A stretch of 64,000 bases of DNA from Gemmatimonadales bacterium (GCA_038205995.1 JBBRBH010000004.1:17968-81967); one strand, 5' to 3'; counted from the stretch's first letter, positions 47,353-56,941 are shown. Notes: generated by a model not told the origin, from the sequence alone. A program made the numbers and translations.

Positions 47353-50300
47353 ATGCAGCGTCGTTCCTTTGCGACACGATTTGCGTTCGCGTGCATGCTG
47401 ACACTGGCGGCATTCCCAATTCATTCCGCGTTCGCGCAAGGCGACGCCGCCGCCGCGAAACCGGGCCGCGATCCGAAGCAGCCCATCGACTCAGAGTACA
47501 CGAAAAAAATCAAAGAGTACACGACAGAGAAGTTTTTTCTTTCGCCACTCGTTGATTATCTCCCCGCCTCGAAAACGGTGCCGACGCCGAAGGTCACGCT
47601 CGGCGACATCGCCGGCGCGCCGACCAAACTTCCGTACTCGAAAGAGGTCTACGAGTACATGCGGCTCCTCGCGAAATCGACGCCGCGCGTGAAGGTGTAT
47701 TCGATCGGCACGACCGAAGAAGGGCGCGAGATGATCGCCGTCGCGATCGCGTCCGAAGCGCTGATGTCGAAGCTCGACGCAAATAAGGCCGACCTCTCAA
47801 AGCTCGCCGATCCGCGCACGATCAACTTCGACGACGTGTTGGCGGATAAAATTGCCGCGACCGCCGCTCCGGTTTACTACATCACCGGCACGATCCACTC
47901 CACCGAGGCCGGCGCGCCGACGGCGCTGATGGAGCTTGCCTATAGACTGGCGGTAGATGAGAGCCCGTACGTGAAAAACATTCGCGATCACGTGATCACG
48001 CTCATCACGCCGATCGTCGAGGTGGACGGCCGCGATCGCACCGTGGATTTGTACAAATGGCACGTCGCACATCCGAACGAAGTCGCGCCGCAGCTCGCGT
48101 ACTGGGGCCACTATGTGGCGCACGACAACAATCGCGACGCGATGGGCATGACACTCAAGCTCACGCAGAACGTTCTCAACACGTACGTCGGCTGGAAGGC
48201 GCAGGTTCTGCACGATTTGCACGAGTCGGTCGCGTTCCTCTACGACAACACTATTGGTGACGGTCCGTACAACGCGTGGCTCGATCCGCTCGTCACGAAC
48301 GAATGGCAGATGATCGGCTGGAACAACGTGCAGGAGATGACGCGCTACGGAATGCCCGGCGTGTTCGCGCATGGCGATTTCGATACCTGGTCGCCCGGCT
48401 ACCTGATGTTCATTGCGGCGACCCACAACGGCATCAGCCGCCTGTACGAAACATTCGGTAACGGCGGCACGGCGGAAACAGTCGACCGCACGCTCTCGCC
48501 CTCCGATTACGAGCGCAGCTGGTTCAAGCAGAACCCCGCGATTCCGCACGTGAAGTGGTCGCTGCGCAACAACAACAACTACGAGCAGACGGGTTTGCTC
48601 GTCTCGCTCGCGTACGTCGCGAACAACCGGCATCAGTTGCTCGCGAATTTCTACGAAAAGAGCAAACGTTCGATCACGAAACCAAAAGTCGAAGGACCCG
48701 CCGCGTACGTTTTTTCCGCAAACGATCCGCGCCTTGGCGCGCAGGCTGATCTCCTCCGCATTCTGCAGAAACAGGCCGTCGAAATTTCACGCGCCACGTC
48801 TGCGTTCAGCGTCACCCTCACGGTGAAGCGCGCCGCTCCAGCGGGCGGTCGTGGCGGTCGCGGTGGCGCAGCTGCCGGAGACGCTCCTGCGGCCCCCGCC
48901 GCTCCGACAACGGAAACGCGCGAATTCCCCGCGGGCAGCTACATCGTCCGCATGGACCAGCCGTATTCGCGCATCGCGGACGCGCTCCTCGACTATCAGT
49001 ACTGGAGCCCGGCCGATCCGCAGAAAAATCCATACGACGACACGGGCTGGACATTCCCCGAAGGATTCAGCGTGCAGGCCGTGCGCATCACGGACGTGAA
49101 GGTGCTCGATGTGCCCGTCACGCGCGTGACGGGTGAGGTCACGGCGCCGGGCGGCGTAACCGGATCTGGTTCGGTATTCGCGATCAACGCCAATGGCGAC
49201 AATGCGATCGCGACGCTGCGCTACAGGTTCAAGGACGCGGATTTCCAGTCGGCGGAGGACGCGTTCGATGCGGGAGGCGCGCACTTCAATCGCGGCACGA
49301 TGCTCATCCGCAACGTTTCGTCCGCCGATCTCGATAAAGCGACGAAAGAACTCGGCCTCAAGGTCACCGCGCTTGCTGCGGCGCCTTCCGTGAAAATGCA
49401 TCCGGCTCGCGCCGCGCGCGTCGCGATCCTGCACACGTGGACCGGCACGCAAACCGAAGGTTGGTGGCGTCAGGCGTTTGACCAGTTGCAGGTGCCGTAC
49501 AGCTATATCTCCACGCAGGACGTCGCAAAGGACGCGAACCTGAATTCGAAATACGACGTGATTCTCTTTCCGCCCGCGGGCGGCGGCGGCCAGGCGATCA
49601 TCGATGGAATGCCGATGTGGCGCAACGCGATGCCGTGGAAAAATTCTCCGGAGACGCCGAACATCGGAACGTGGGCGCAGACGGATGACGTGCGGCCGGG
49701 GCTCGGCTACACCGGCCTCGAGAATCTCCAGAACTTCGTGAAGCGCGGCGGCGTCATGGTGACTGCGACCAACACCTCCGATTTCGCAATTCAGTTCGGT
49801 CTCTCGCTCGGCGTGAGCAGCAATCAGCCTCGCCGCGGCGAAGTGGTCGGCAGTTTCTTGCGGACAAAGATTGTTGATGATGCGAGCCCGATTGCGTACG
49901 GTGTGCCCGACAACCTCGCGGTGTACAGCAACAGCGGCGAGAGTTTCGGCGTGAGCGCAAATCGTGGCGGTCGCGGCGGCGGCGGTGGCGGACGGGGGGC
50001 CGGCGGCGGCGCGCGCGTGACCGGCCGCGGACAGCCGGACGACACCGATCAGGTGCAGGGATTCGAGCAGCTCGATCCGCGCTTTCTGCCGGTCCCGCGC
50101 CCGCCGGTGCAGCCGTGGCAGTATGCGGTGCCCACTGACGACCAGCTCCGCAATCCGCTCAACATTATTCCGCCCGATCAGCGTCCGCGCGTAGTCATGC
50201 GTTTTGGTGAAGCACGCGATCTGCTAGCGTCGGGTCTGCTCGACGGCGGCGCGGACATCGCGCAGCGCCCGATGGTGGTCGATTCGCCGCTGGAGAAGGG

Positions 50301-50427
50301 ACATGTGGTGATGTTCGCCAACAATCCGGTCTACCGCGGCGAGACGATCGGCAGCTACTTCCTCGTGTTCAACACGATCATGCACTTCGACAACCTGAGT
50401 GCCGGGAGAAAACTCGATGCGAAATAA
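47353..50427 (+). CDS. Secreted M14-family zinc carboxypeptidase-like protein, large multidomain
   Basis: Signal MQRRSFATRFAFACMLTLAAFPIHSAFAQ. YYITGTIHSTEAGAPTALMELAYRLA carries the HxxE zinc motif, followed by PIVEVDGRDR. Two Gly/Arg tracts are present (48841..48900 and 49960..50032). Confidence 0.8.
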   Translation: MQRRSFATRFAFACMLTLAAFPIHSAFAQGDAAAAKPGRDPKQPIDSEYTKKIKEYTTEKFFLSPLVDYLPASKTVPTPKVTLGDIAGAPTKLPYSKEVYEYMRLLAKSTPRVKVYSIGTTEEGREMIAVAIASEALMSKLDANKADLSKLADPRTINFDDVLADKIAATAAPVYYITGTIHSTEAGAPTALMELAYRLAVDESPYVKNIRDHVITLITPIVEVDGRDRTVDLYKWHVAHPNEVAPQLAYWGHYVAHDNNRDAMGMTLKLTQNVLNTYVGWKAQVLHDLHESVAFLYDNTIGDGPYNAWLDPLVTNEWQMIGWNNVQEMTRYGMPGVFAHGDFDTWSPGYLMFIAATHNGISRLYETFGNGGTAETVDRTLSPSDYERSWFKQNPAIPHVKWSLRNNNNYEQTGLLVSLAYVANNRHQLLANFYEKSKRSITKPKVEGPAAYVFSANDPRLGAQADLLRILQKQAVEISRATSAFSVTLTVKRAAPAGGRGGRGGAAAGDAPAAPAAPTTETREFPAGSYIVRMDQPYSRIADALLDYQYWSPADPQKNPYDDTGWTFPEGFSVQAVRITDVKVLDVPVTRVTGEVTAPGGVTGSGSVFAINANGDNAIATLRYRFKDADFQSAEDAFDAGGAHFNRGTMLIRNVSSADLDKATKELGLKVTALAAAPSVKMHPARAARVAILHTWTGTQTEGWWRQAFDQLQVPYSYISTQDVAKDANLNSKYDVILFPPAGGGGQAIIDGMPMWRNAMPWKNSPETPNIGTWAQTDDVRPGLGYTGLENLQNFVKRGGVMVTATNTSDFAIQFGLSLGVSSNQPRRGEVVGSFLRTKIVDDASPIAYGVPDNLAVYSNSGESFGVSANRGGRGGGGGGRGAGGGARVTGRGQPDDTDQVQGFEQLDPRFLPVPRPPVQPWQYAVPTDDQLRNPLNIIPPDQRPRVVMRFGEARDLLASGLLDGGADIAQRPMVVDSPLEKGHVVMFANNPVYRGETIGSYFLVFNTIMHFDNLSAGRKLDAK

Positions 50428-52708
50428 AATTTTTGCCGCGCTCTGTGTCGCTGCGCTTCCCCTTGGCGCGCAGTCGGCAAAACCCACCATCGCGCAGTTC
50501 ATCGGCACGTCCGAACCGATGGAAGTGGCCTCGGCGCTGAAAACGGATCGAATCGCGTGGGTCGCGTACGATCGCGGCATGCGCAATGTGTTCACGGCGG
50601 CCGCGCCGGATTTCAAAGCCGTGCGTCTCACGAATTTCATGGAAGACAACGGCGTCGATCTCACCACGATATCGCTCTCGGCTGATGGATCGATGGCGGT
50701 GTTTGTCCGCGGCGGCGCGGCGAATCGGCAGGGCTGGATTGCCGATCCGGGCCACGATCCCGACGGCGGCGATCGCGCGATCTGGGCCGTGCGCACCACG
50801 GGCGGTGCAGCTGCGATCCGCGTGGCGGAGGGGCAGTCGCCCACGGTTTCGCCCGACGGCAAGTGGGTGCTCTATACGAAGGACAACCAGATCTATCGCG
50901 CGCGCACGAGCAAAGAAGCTCCGCCCACTCGCATGGACACAGGCGGCATTCCGTTCATCAAGATGTGGGGCAACAACGGCCAGCCCAAGTGGTCGCCGGA
51001 CGGATCGAAAATTTCCTACGTGAGCGCGCGCGACAATCACTCGTTAATCGGCATCTACGACGTGAAGACGCGCAAGATTACGTATGTGTCGCCGAGTGTG
51101 GATTGCGATGCCAGCCCGACCTGGTCGGCTGATTCGAAGCAGATCGCATTCTTGCGGCGTCCGGGAACTCCATTCGGCCAGCAGACTCAAGGCGGCAACG
51201 GCGGAATTGGAAATCCGGGCGGAGCGGGCGGCGCCGGCCGCGGCGGCTTGAGTGGCTGCGCCGGATTCGGCGGCCGTGGCGGTGGTGGCGGCGGCGGCGG
51301 TGGTGGTGGTGCGCGCGGCGGCCGTGGCGGCGATGCAACCGCCGCGGGCAATGCGCAGTCGCGTCCGGGTTTGTTCACGTCGACGTTCCGCGGCGGCTAC
51401 ACTCTCTCGATGTACACGTACGATCTCGCGACAGGTGCAATGCGCGAGTTCTGGCACAGCGATCCGAACGATCGCGTGTTCTCGGCGATCAATGCGATCC
51501 GCTGGGCCGGTGAGAGCGTGGTTTTTCAGGCGACGATTCCGAATGACGAATGGGAGCGCTACTACGCGATTAATATTGCCGCGACAAACGCGCCGCCTGT
51601 GCAGCTGACCACGACCAATGGTTTGATTGAGGACGCGGTTTCAGTTTCGTACTCGCCCGACGGCAAAACCCTTTACTACTGCACGAACGCGAACGACATC
51701 GAGCGCCGCCATATTTGGGCAGTGTCGACGTCCGGCGGCACGCCGCGGCAGGTTTCGACCGGTGATGGAGTGGAGCGCGATCCCACTCCGCTCGCGTCGG
51801 GAAAGAGACTTGCCGTGCTGTATTTCAACGCGGCGCAGCCTGCGTCGGTTGCGATGGTGAATGTCGATGGTTCCGCGCCGAAGGTGATCTACCCGACACT
51901 TCCCAAAGATTTTCCTGTCGCAGCGCATGTCACGCCTGAGATTGTGATCACGCACGCCGCTGACGGACTTGAGCTCCACAACCAGCTCTTTCTGCCGAAG
52001 GATATGAAGGCCGGCGAGAAACGGCCCGCGATTGTGTTCGTGCACGGCGGACCCGCGCGCGAAATGCTGCCCGCGTATCACTACATGCAGTTTTATCATT
52101 GGGCATACGCGTACAACGAGTATCTCGCGAGCCAGGGCTACGTCGTACTGTCGATCAATTATCGGAGCGGAGTCGGTTACGGCCGTTCCTTTAGGACGGC
52201 GCCCGGCACCGAGCAGCGCGGGAACTCGGAGTATCAGGACGTCGTTGCCGGCGGAAAATATCTGCAGTCGCGGCCCGATGTCGACGCCGCGCGCGTGGGA
52301 ATCTGGGGCTTGTCGTACGGCGGACTGCTCACGTCGGAGGCCCTCGCGCGCAACTCTGATATGTTCGTGGCCGGTGTCGATCTCGCCGGCGTGCATCTCT
52401 ACGGACAGACGCTCGCCGATACGGCGCTCTCATATAAGTCGTCCGCCATTTCAGCGATCGACGGATGGAAATCGCCGGTGTATTTGCTGCAGGGCGATGA
52501 CGACCGCAACGTCGATTTTGGGCAGATGGTGGGTTTGGTGCAGCTGCTCCGAGCGCACGGTGTCTACTATGAGCTGACCGTTATTCCCGACGATCAGCAT
52601 GAGTCGATGATTCACAGCAACTGGGTGAAGACGTTCAATGGGATGAGTGACTTCCTCCACCGGTTCGTGTGGGAGAAGCAGGCGACTCCGACGCTGCCGC
52701 ATAATTGA
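50417..52708 (+). CDS. Secreted S9-family serine peptidase (prolyl oligopeptidase/DPP type) with an N-terminal TolB-like beta-propeller
   Basis: Trimmed to ATG 50417 (signal MRNKIFAALCVAALPLGAQ), overlapping the M14 stop by 11 nt. Propeller repeats SPDGKWVLY, SPDGSKISYVS and SADSKQIAFL. Catalytic triad context GIWGLSYGG (Ser), LLQGDDDRNV (Asp), IPDDQHES (His). Confidence 0.9.
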   Translation: MRNKIFAALCVAALPLGAQSAKPTIAQFIGTSEPMEVASALKTDRIAWVAYDRGMRNVFTAAAPDFKAVRLTNFMEDNGVDLTTISLSADGSMAVFVRGGAANRQGWIADPGHDPDGGDRAIWAVRTTGGAAAIRVAEGQSPTVSPDGKWVLYTKDNQIYRARTSKEAPPTRMDTGGIPFIKMWGNNGQPKWSPDGSKISYVSARDNHSLIGIYDVKTRKITYVSPSVDCDASPTWSADSKQIAFLRRPGTPFGQQTQGGNGGIGNPGGAGGAGRGGLSGCAGFGGRGGGGGGGGGGGARGGRGGDATAAGNAQSRPGLFTSTFRGGYTLSMYTYDLATGAMREFWHSDPNDRVFSAINAIRWAGESVVFQATIPNDEWERYYAINIAATNAPPVQLTTTNGLIEDAVSVSYSPDGKTLYYCTNANDIERRHIWAVSTSGGTPRQVSTGDGVERDPTPLASGKRLAVLYFNAAQPASVAMVNVDGSAPKVIYPTLPKDFPVAAHVTPEIVITHAADGLELHNQLFLPKDMKAGEKRPAIVFVHGGPAREMLPAYHYMQFYHWAYAYNEYLASQGYVVLSINYRSGVGYGRSFRTAPGTEQRGNSEYQDVVAGGKYLQSRPDVDAARVGIWGLSYGGLLTSEALARNSDMFVAGVDLAGVHLYGQTLADTALSYKSSAISAIDGWKSPVYLLQGDDDRNVDFGQMVGLVQLLRAHGVYYELTVIPDDQHESMIHSNWVKTFNGMSDFLHRFVWEKQATPTLPHN

Positions 52709-53706
52709 AGGTGGCTCTCCTTTGCACCGCGGCCATCGCGCTTGTCAGCGCGGTGGCCGCGGAGAGCGTCGGCGCTCAAACTCCGCCAGCGCCCGTGCCG
52801 ATTTTGTGGACCGTCCGCAGTGACAACGACGCCTTTAATTTTTGGAATTCGCCGTTCGATCGCCCCGATGAGGAGTACACGAGCGGCGTCCGTGCCACGC
52901 TCACGCTCTCCGGCATGGCGTGGTGGGAGCGAAAGTGGTTCCACAACACAATGGAGCCGTGCTCGGAGGGAAAGACGGACTGCGCGATGCACGCCTTTTC
53001 GTTTGGACAGGAAATTTATTCAGGGAAACTCGTCCCCGGCGACACGACGAGAATTCCCGGGATGCGGCCGAACGCGGGCTGGCTGTACGTTCAAGAATCC
53101 TCGAGGATCGCGCATCGAGATTGGCTCGGCGAAACAACGATCAGCATTGGTATGGTTGGGCCGCCGGCGCTTGGCTCCCAAATGGTGCGCGCATTCCATG
53201 CGATTGCACCCGACCTAAATCGTCCGACGAATTGGTCGACGCAACTGCCGTTCGAACCCGGCATCATCGTCGGATATGACCACACACAGCGGCTGTGGGC
53301 CGTTGGTGAGAGCGGCTTGCTAAGCGCAGACCTGGAGCCGCATGCGGGCGCGTCGATCGGAAATATTCTCACCGAGGCGCGCGCCGGACTGCGCGTGCGC
53401 ACCGGATTCCGAATAGGCCATCCGTGGCTGCTCGCCGCGCCGGATACCGATGTGACGTTCGCACTTTTTGGCGATGCTACCGTCCACGCGGTGGCACGCA
53501 ACGAGTTTCTTATGGGAACGCTGTTTCGTACGAGCGAGCACGTGACGGCGCGGCCACTGGTCACGGAATACCAAATGGGAATTACTCTATCGGTGCGCAG
53601 ACTATCCTTCACCTGGATGGCCGATCAGCTCTCGCCGGAGTATTTCTCACGGGCGGCAGGGCACGCATGGTCGCGGCTGGCGATTGAGTGGCGCTTCGAA
53701 CGATGA
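52705..53706 (+). CDS. Outer-membrane beta-barrel protein, LpxR-like (lipid A 3-O-deacylase family / DUF2219)
   Basis: Signal MKVALLCTAAIALVSAVAAESVGAQ. SDNDAFNFWNSPFDRPDEEYTSGVRATL matches the family N-terminal DND.F...D..YT.G motif (recollection). Alternating beta-strand pattern, with an aromatic-rich C-terminus. Its start overlaps the S9 stop by 4 nt. Confidence 0.65.
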   Translation: MKVALLCTAAIALVSAVAAESVGAQTPPAPVPILWTVRSDNDAFNFWNSPFDRPDEEYTSGVRATLTLSGMAWWERKWFHNTMEPCSEGKTDCAMHAFSFGQEIYSGKLVPGDTTRIPGMRPNAGWLYVQESSRIAHRDWLGETTISIGMVGPPALGSQMVRAFHAIAPDLNRPTNWSTQLPFEPGIIVGYDHTQRLWAVGESGLLSADLEPHAGASIGNILTEARAGLRVRTGFRIGHPWLLAAPDTDVTFALFGDATVHAVARNEFLMGTLFRTSEHVTARPLVTEYQMGITLSVRRLSFTWMADQLSPEYFSRAAGHAWSRLAIEWRFER

Positions 53707-53726
53707 CGTTCTGAGGGGAGACACAC

Positions 53727-54578
53727 ATGGCGATCGAACACGTTTCTGACACGGCTCGCTGGGTTGCGGTGTACCGCGCGATGGAGAGCGAGCGGCCGGA
53801 TCGAATCTTTAACGATCCGTTCGCGCGGCGGCTCGCGGGCGAGCGCGGCGAGGCGATTGTCAATGAGATGAAGCGCGGCCGCTCGATGGCGTGGGCGATG
53901 ATCGTGCGCACGCAGGTGTTCGACGAACTCATTCTGGACGTGATCAAACGCGAGAAGGTGGATCTCGTCATCAACCTGGCGTGCGGTCTCGACGCGCGCG
54001 CGTGGAGGCTCGACGTGCCGGCGGATCTCCGCTGGGTGGACGTCGATTTCCCCGTGATGATCAACTACAAAACCGACATCATGAAGGGCGAAAAAACGAA
54101 ATGCCGCTACGAGGCGATCGCAACCGATCTCACCGACAGCAACGCGCGCAACGCGCTGTTCACGAGGTTAGGCGCCGAGTCGAAGAAAGCGCTCGTGCTG
54201 TCTGAGGGACTTCTGATTTACCTCAGGCCAGAGCAGGTGAGCGAGCTCGCGAGCGCCCTGCACGCGCAGCCGTCGTTCTGTGCGTGGATCATCGACATTG
54301 CCAGCCCGCACCTGCTGAAGATGATGACGCAGTATTGGGGAAAGAGTGTGCAGAGCGGGAATGCACCATTTCTCTTCGCACCGGATGAAGGAACCGCATA
54401 TTTCGAGCCGTCGGGATGGCGCGAAAAAACGTTTCGATCCAACATGGACGAGGCGCGCCGGCTCAAGCGAGAAATGACGGGCGCGTGGTTCTGGCGGCTG
54501 TTCGGGATTTTCTACTCGAAGAAAACGATGGAGAAATGGCGCCGCTTTGCGGGCTGTGTGCTGCTGGAACGGACATGA
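53727..54578 (+). CDS. Class I SAM-dependent methyltransferase (leucine carboxyl methyltransferase-like family)
   Basis: VSDTARWVAVYRAMESERPDRIFNDPFARRLAG is the typical family N-terminus. VINLACGLDARAW is the SAM-binding motif I region. Confidence 0.8.
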   Translation: MAIEHVSDTARWVAVYRAMESERPDRIFNDPFARRLAGERGEAIVNEMKRGRSMAWAMIVRTQVFDELILDVIKREKVDLVINLACGLDARAWRLDVPADLRWVDVDFPVMINYKTDIMKGEKTKCRYEAIATDLTDSNARNALFTRLGAESKKALVLSEGLLIYLRPEQVSELASALHAQPSFCAWIIDIASPHLLKMMTQYWGKSVQSGNAPFLFAPDEGTAYFEPSGWREKTFRSNMDEARRLKREMTGAWFWRLFGIFYSKKTMEKWRRFAGCVLLERT

Positions 54579-55186
54579 TGCTGCGTGCACCGATAACTCT
54601 TGCGGCGGTGCTGCTCACCGCCGGGCTGAGCGGCGGCCTCAGCGCGCAAACGCCGGCGCTTTCACGCGTGCGCATCGAAACGTCGAAGGGTTCATTCGTT
54701 GTCGAGGTCAATCGCGACTGGGCACCACGCGGTGCCGAGCGATTTCTCGATCTCGTGCGCGCCAAGTTCTTTGACGACTCACGGTTTTTTCGCGTGCGCG
54801 CAAAGTATATTGCGCAGTTCGGCATCGCCGGCGACCCCGCCGTCACGCGCAAATGGCAGGACCGTTATTTTCCGGACGACGCCGTGCGATCGAGCAATGT
54901 GCGTGGATCGTTCGGGTTCGCGATGACGGGCCCGAATCTCCGCAACACGCAGGTCTACATCAATCTCATCGACAACACGCAGCTCGACGCGCAGGGTTTT
55001 TCGCCGGCGGGACGCGTGGTCGAGGGAATGGATGTGGTCGATGCGATCTACTCCGGCTACGGCGAGGGCGCAGGCGGCGGCCTTCGGCTTGGCAGGCAAA
55101 CCCGCATGCTCAACGAGGGAAACGCGCACCTCGATCGAGATTTCCCTAAACTCGACAAACTCATTCGCGCGCACGTCGTGCGATAA
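54575..55186 (+). CDS. Periplasmic cyclophilin-type peptidyl-prolyl cis-trans isomerase
   Basis: Trimmed to ATG 54575, overlapping the methyltransferase stop as ATGA. Signal MMLRAPITLAAVLLTAGLSGGLSAQ. Cyclophilin motifs FFRVRAKYIAQFG and GSFGFAMTGPNLRNTQVYINL. Confidence 0.85.
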   Translation: MMLRAPITLAAVLLTAGLSGGLSAQTPALSRVRIETSKGSFVVEVNRDWAPRGAERFLDLVRAKFFDDSRFFRVRAKYIAQFGIAGDPAVTRKWQDRYFPDDAVRSSNVRGSFGFAMTGPNLRNTQVYINLIDNTQLDAQGFSPAGRVVEGMDVVDAIYSGYGEGAGGGLRLGRQTRMLNEGNAHLDRDFPKLDKLIRAHVVR

Positions 55187-55236
55187 GGCATATTTCCCGT
55201 CTGCAAAACTACCCATCACATCCAACACCTCTGCAA

Positions 55237-55758
55237 ATGACCGCGTACGGCGCCCCGCAGCTCGCCAACAGTTTCCGCACTGTTCGCAACAACACCGTTC
55301 AGATCGCTGAAGAGATTCCTGAAGACAAATACAGCTTCGTTCCGGCTCCGGGAACGCAGTCCGTTGGCGCGCTGCTCAAACACATCGCGTTCGGCCCCAA
55401 GTTCTACCAGGACATTCACAAAGCCGGCATCACTTCATTCAAAGATTTCGATTTTCCCGCGACGTTTGCGCCGATCAGGGCGGAAGAGGAGAAGCCGCGT
55501 TCGAAAGCCGAGATCGTAGCGCTCCTGAAGAGCGAAGGTGAGAAGTTCGCGGCGTGGCTCGATTCACTGACTCCCGAATTCCTCGCGCAGACATACACGG
55601 ATCCAACGGGGCAGAATCCGACGTCCCGCCTCACGAGTCTGCACAGTCCGAAGGAGCACGAGATGCATCATCGCGGACAGCTGATGCTGATTCAGCGGAT
55701 GCTCGGGATCGTGCCGCATCTCACGAGAGCACGCGAGGCCCGTCAGGCGGCTGGCTGA
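55237..55758 (+). CDS. DinB-family protein
   Basis: 173 aa four-helix-bundle type. LLKHIA... and C-terminal SPKEHEMHHRGQLMLIQRMLG carry the DinB_2-like His triad context. Confidence 0.75.
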   Translation: MTAYGAPQLANSFRTVRNNTVQIAEEIPEDKYSFVPAPGTQSVGALLKHIAFGPKFYQDIHKAGITSFKDFDFPATFAPIRAEEEKPRSKAEIVALLKSEGEKFAAWLDSLTPEFLAQTYTDPTGQNPTSRLTSLHSPKEHEMHHRGQLMLIQRMLGIVPHLTRAREARQAAG

Positions 55759-55775
55759 TTCGCGCGCGCATAGTG

Positions 55776-56897
55776 CTACTTCGACAGGTTGATCATGTCG
55801 TAGTAGCCGAGGATTTTTCCGTCGTTGTACGCTTTCAGCAGAGTCGGGATTGAGCAGAGGAGCTCGACCTGCTGCCCGTTCGGACTTCCGGGACGAAATC
55901 CATTCCCCTGCGAGAGCGAGCGAATGAACGTGCTCGCATCGTCGATCGGCAGCGTCGCGACGTTGTTATAAAACTTTTTCCAGTCGTCGCTTTGGCGGAA
56001 GAGATAGAACTCGACGTTCGAAACATAGAACGCTGTGATGGTCGCCTTGTGCTCGCGGATCCAGTTGCCAACGGCGCGTAAGGCTTTCGGCCCGGTGAAA
56101 TCTCCGGTGACGCCGAGGATGAGGTTTTTCTCCTCCATCTGCTTGACCACGCGGAAGTTCGCTTCGTTCGCGAGGTAGCTGCGGTGCGCGCCGGCGCCGT
56201 CGGTCTCGAGCATGAGCATCGCGTACGTCGGAAAGCGTCCGCGTCCGCCGTACCCGCCGAAGGTTCCGTTCATGTTGTAGCTGAGATTTGGCCCGGCCTG
56301 GTAGAACCACGAATACAGGTAATCGATGTTTGCGAGATCGTCCGCAGTCAGCGGAAATCCGTGCGTCTCCGTGAGCCGCTCTTTCACCGACGCGAGATTC
56401 TTGACGAACAGCGCGCTGTCTCGCGGCACCGTCGATAAAACCTGCATGAGCTGCTCGATCGAGATCGCCGTGTCGAGGCCAATCGGCCGGGGCCGCGAAA
56501 AGAGCCGACTCGCGAACTCGACGCGGTCCGCCGACTGCTCGAAGAGCGCTTTGTACACGAGCAGCAACAGCGAGTTGTCATGCCGAATATCCACCATGAA
56601 CGCGATCTTTGGCTTGAGCGCGGCGAGGTACGTGAAATTCTGCTCGGGTGCGACGCCGAGGTATACACCGCCGGGCTTTGTGCTTTTGAGCAGTTCCGGA
56701 ATCACGTACTGCAGCGAGGTCTCGTTCGAGAGCAGATTATCCGAAGGAAAAACTCCGCTTGGCTCCGAGAACTCCGTGACCATGCGCCAGTATGTGGTAT
56801 CGGCGAGCCGCGCGGGTATCTCCTGAGCCGTTGCCGAGGCGGCGAGCGCAGCGGCGGCGATGGAAAGCAGAAGCACGCGTTGACAGGTGTTTGTCAT
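55776..56897 (-). CDS. Secreted hypothetical protein (appears conserved; family not assigned)
   Basis: Track ORF (to 57023) trimmed to ATG 56897 (signal MTNTCQRVLLLSIAAAALAASATAQ). It reads as well-ordered protein sequence (GGVYLGVAPEQNFTYLAALKPKIAFMVDIRHDNSLLLLVYKALFEQS) with no low complexity. Confidence 0.6.
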   Translation of the reverse strand: MTNTCQRVLLLSIAAAALAASATAQEIPARLADTTYWRMVTEFSEPSGVFPSDNLLSNETSLQYVIPELLKSTKPGGVYLGVAPEQNFTYLAALKPKIAFMVDIRHDNSLLLLVYKALFEQSADRVEFASRLFSRPRPIGLDTAISIEQLMQVLSTVPRDSALFVKNLASVKERLTETHGFPLTADDLANIDYLYSWFYQAGPNLSYNMNGTFGGYGGRGRFPTYAMLMLETDGAGAHRSYLANEANFRVVKQMEEKNLILGVTGDFTGPKALRAVGNWIREHKATITAFYVSNVEFYLFRQSDDWKKFYNNVATLPIDDASTFIRSLSQGNGFRPGSPNGQQVELLCSIPTLLKAYNDGKILGYYDMINLSK

Positions 56898-56941
56898 GAT
56901 GGTTGCAGGCGCTGAGGGTACGGCAGGCGTTCTATTAATGT

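Noticed and set aside
51190-51335. GGC/GGT/CGG-rich repetitive DNA, and the eight similar tracts elsewhere, considered as CRISPR, VNTR or intergenic tandem repeats
   Set aside because: All tracts lie in frame inside long, otherwise well-conserved coding sequences and translate to Gly/Arg runs. There is no repeat-spacer periodicity and there are no cas genes. They are reported as a protein-level finding instead.
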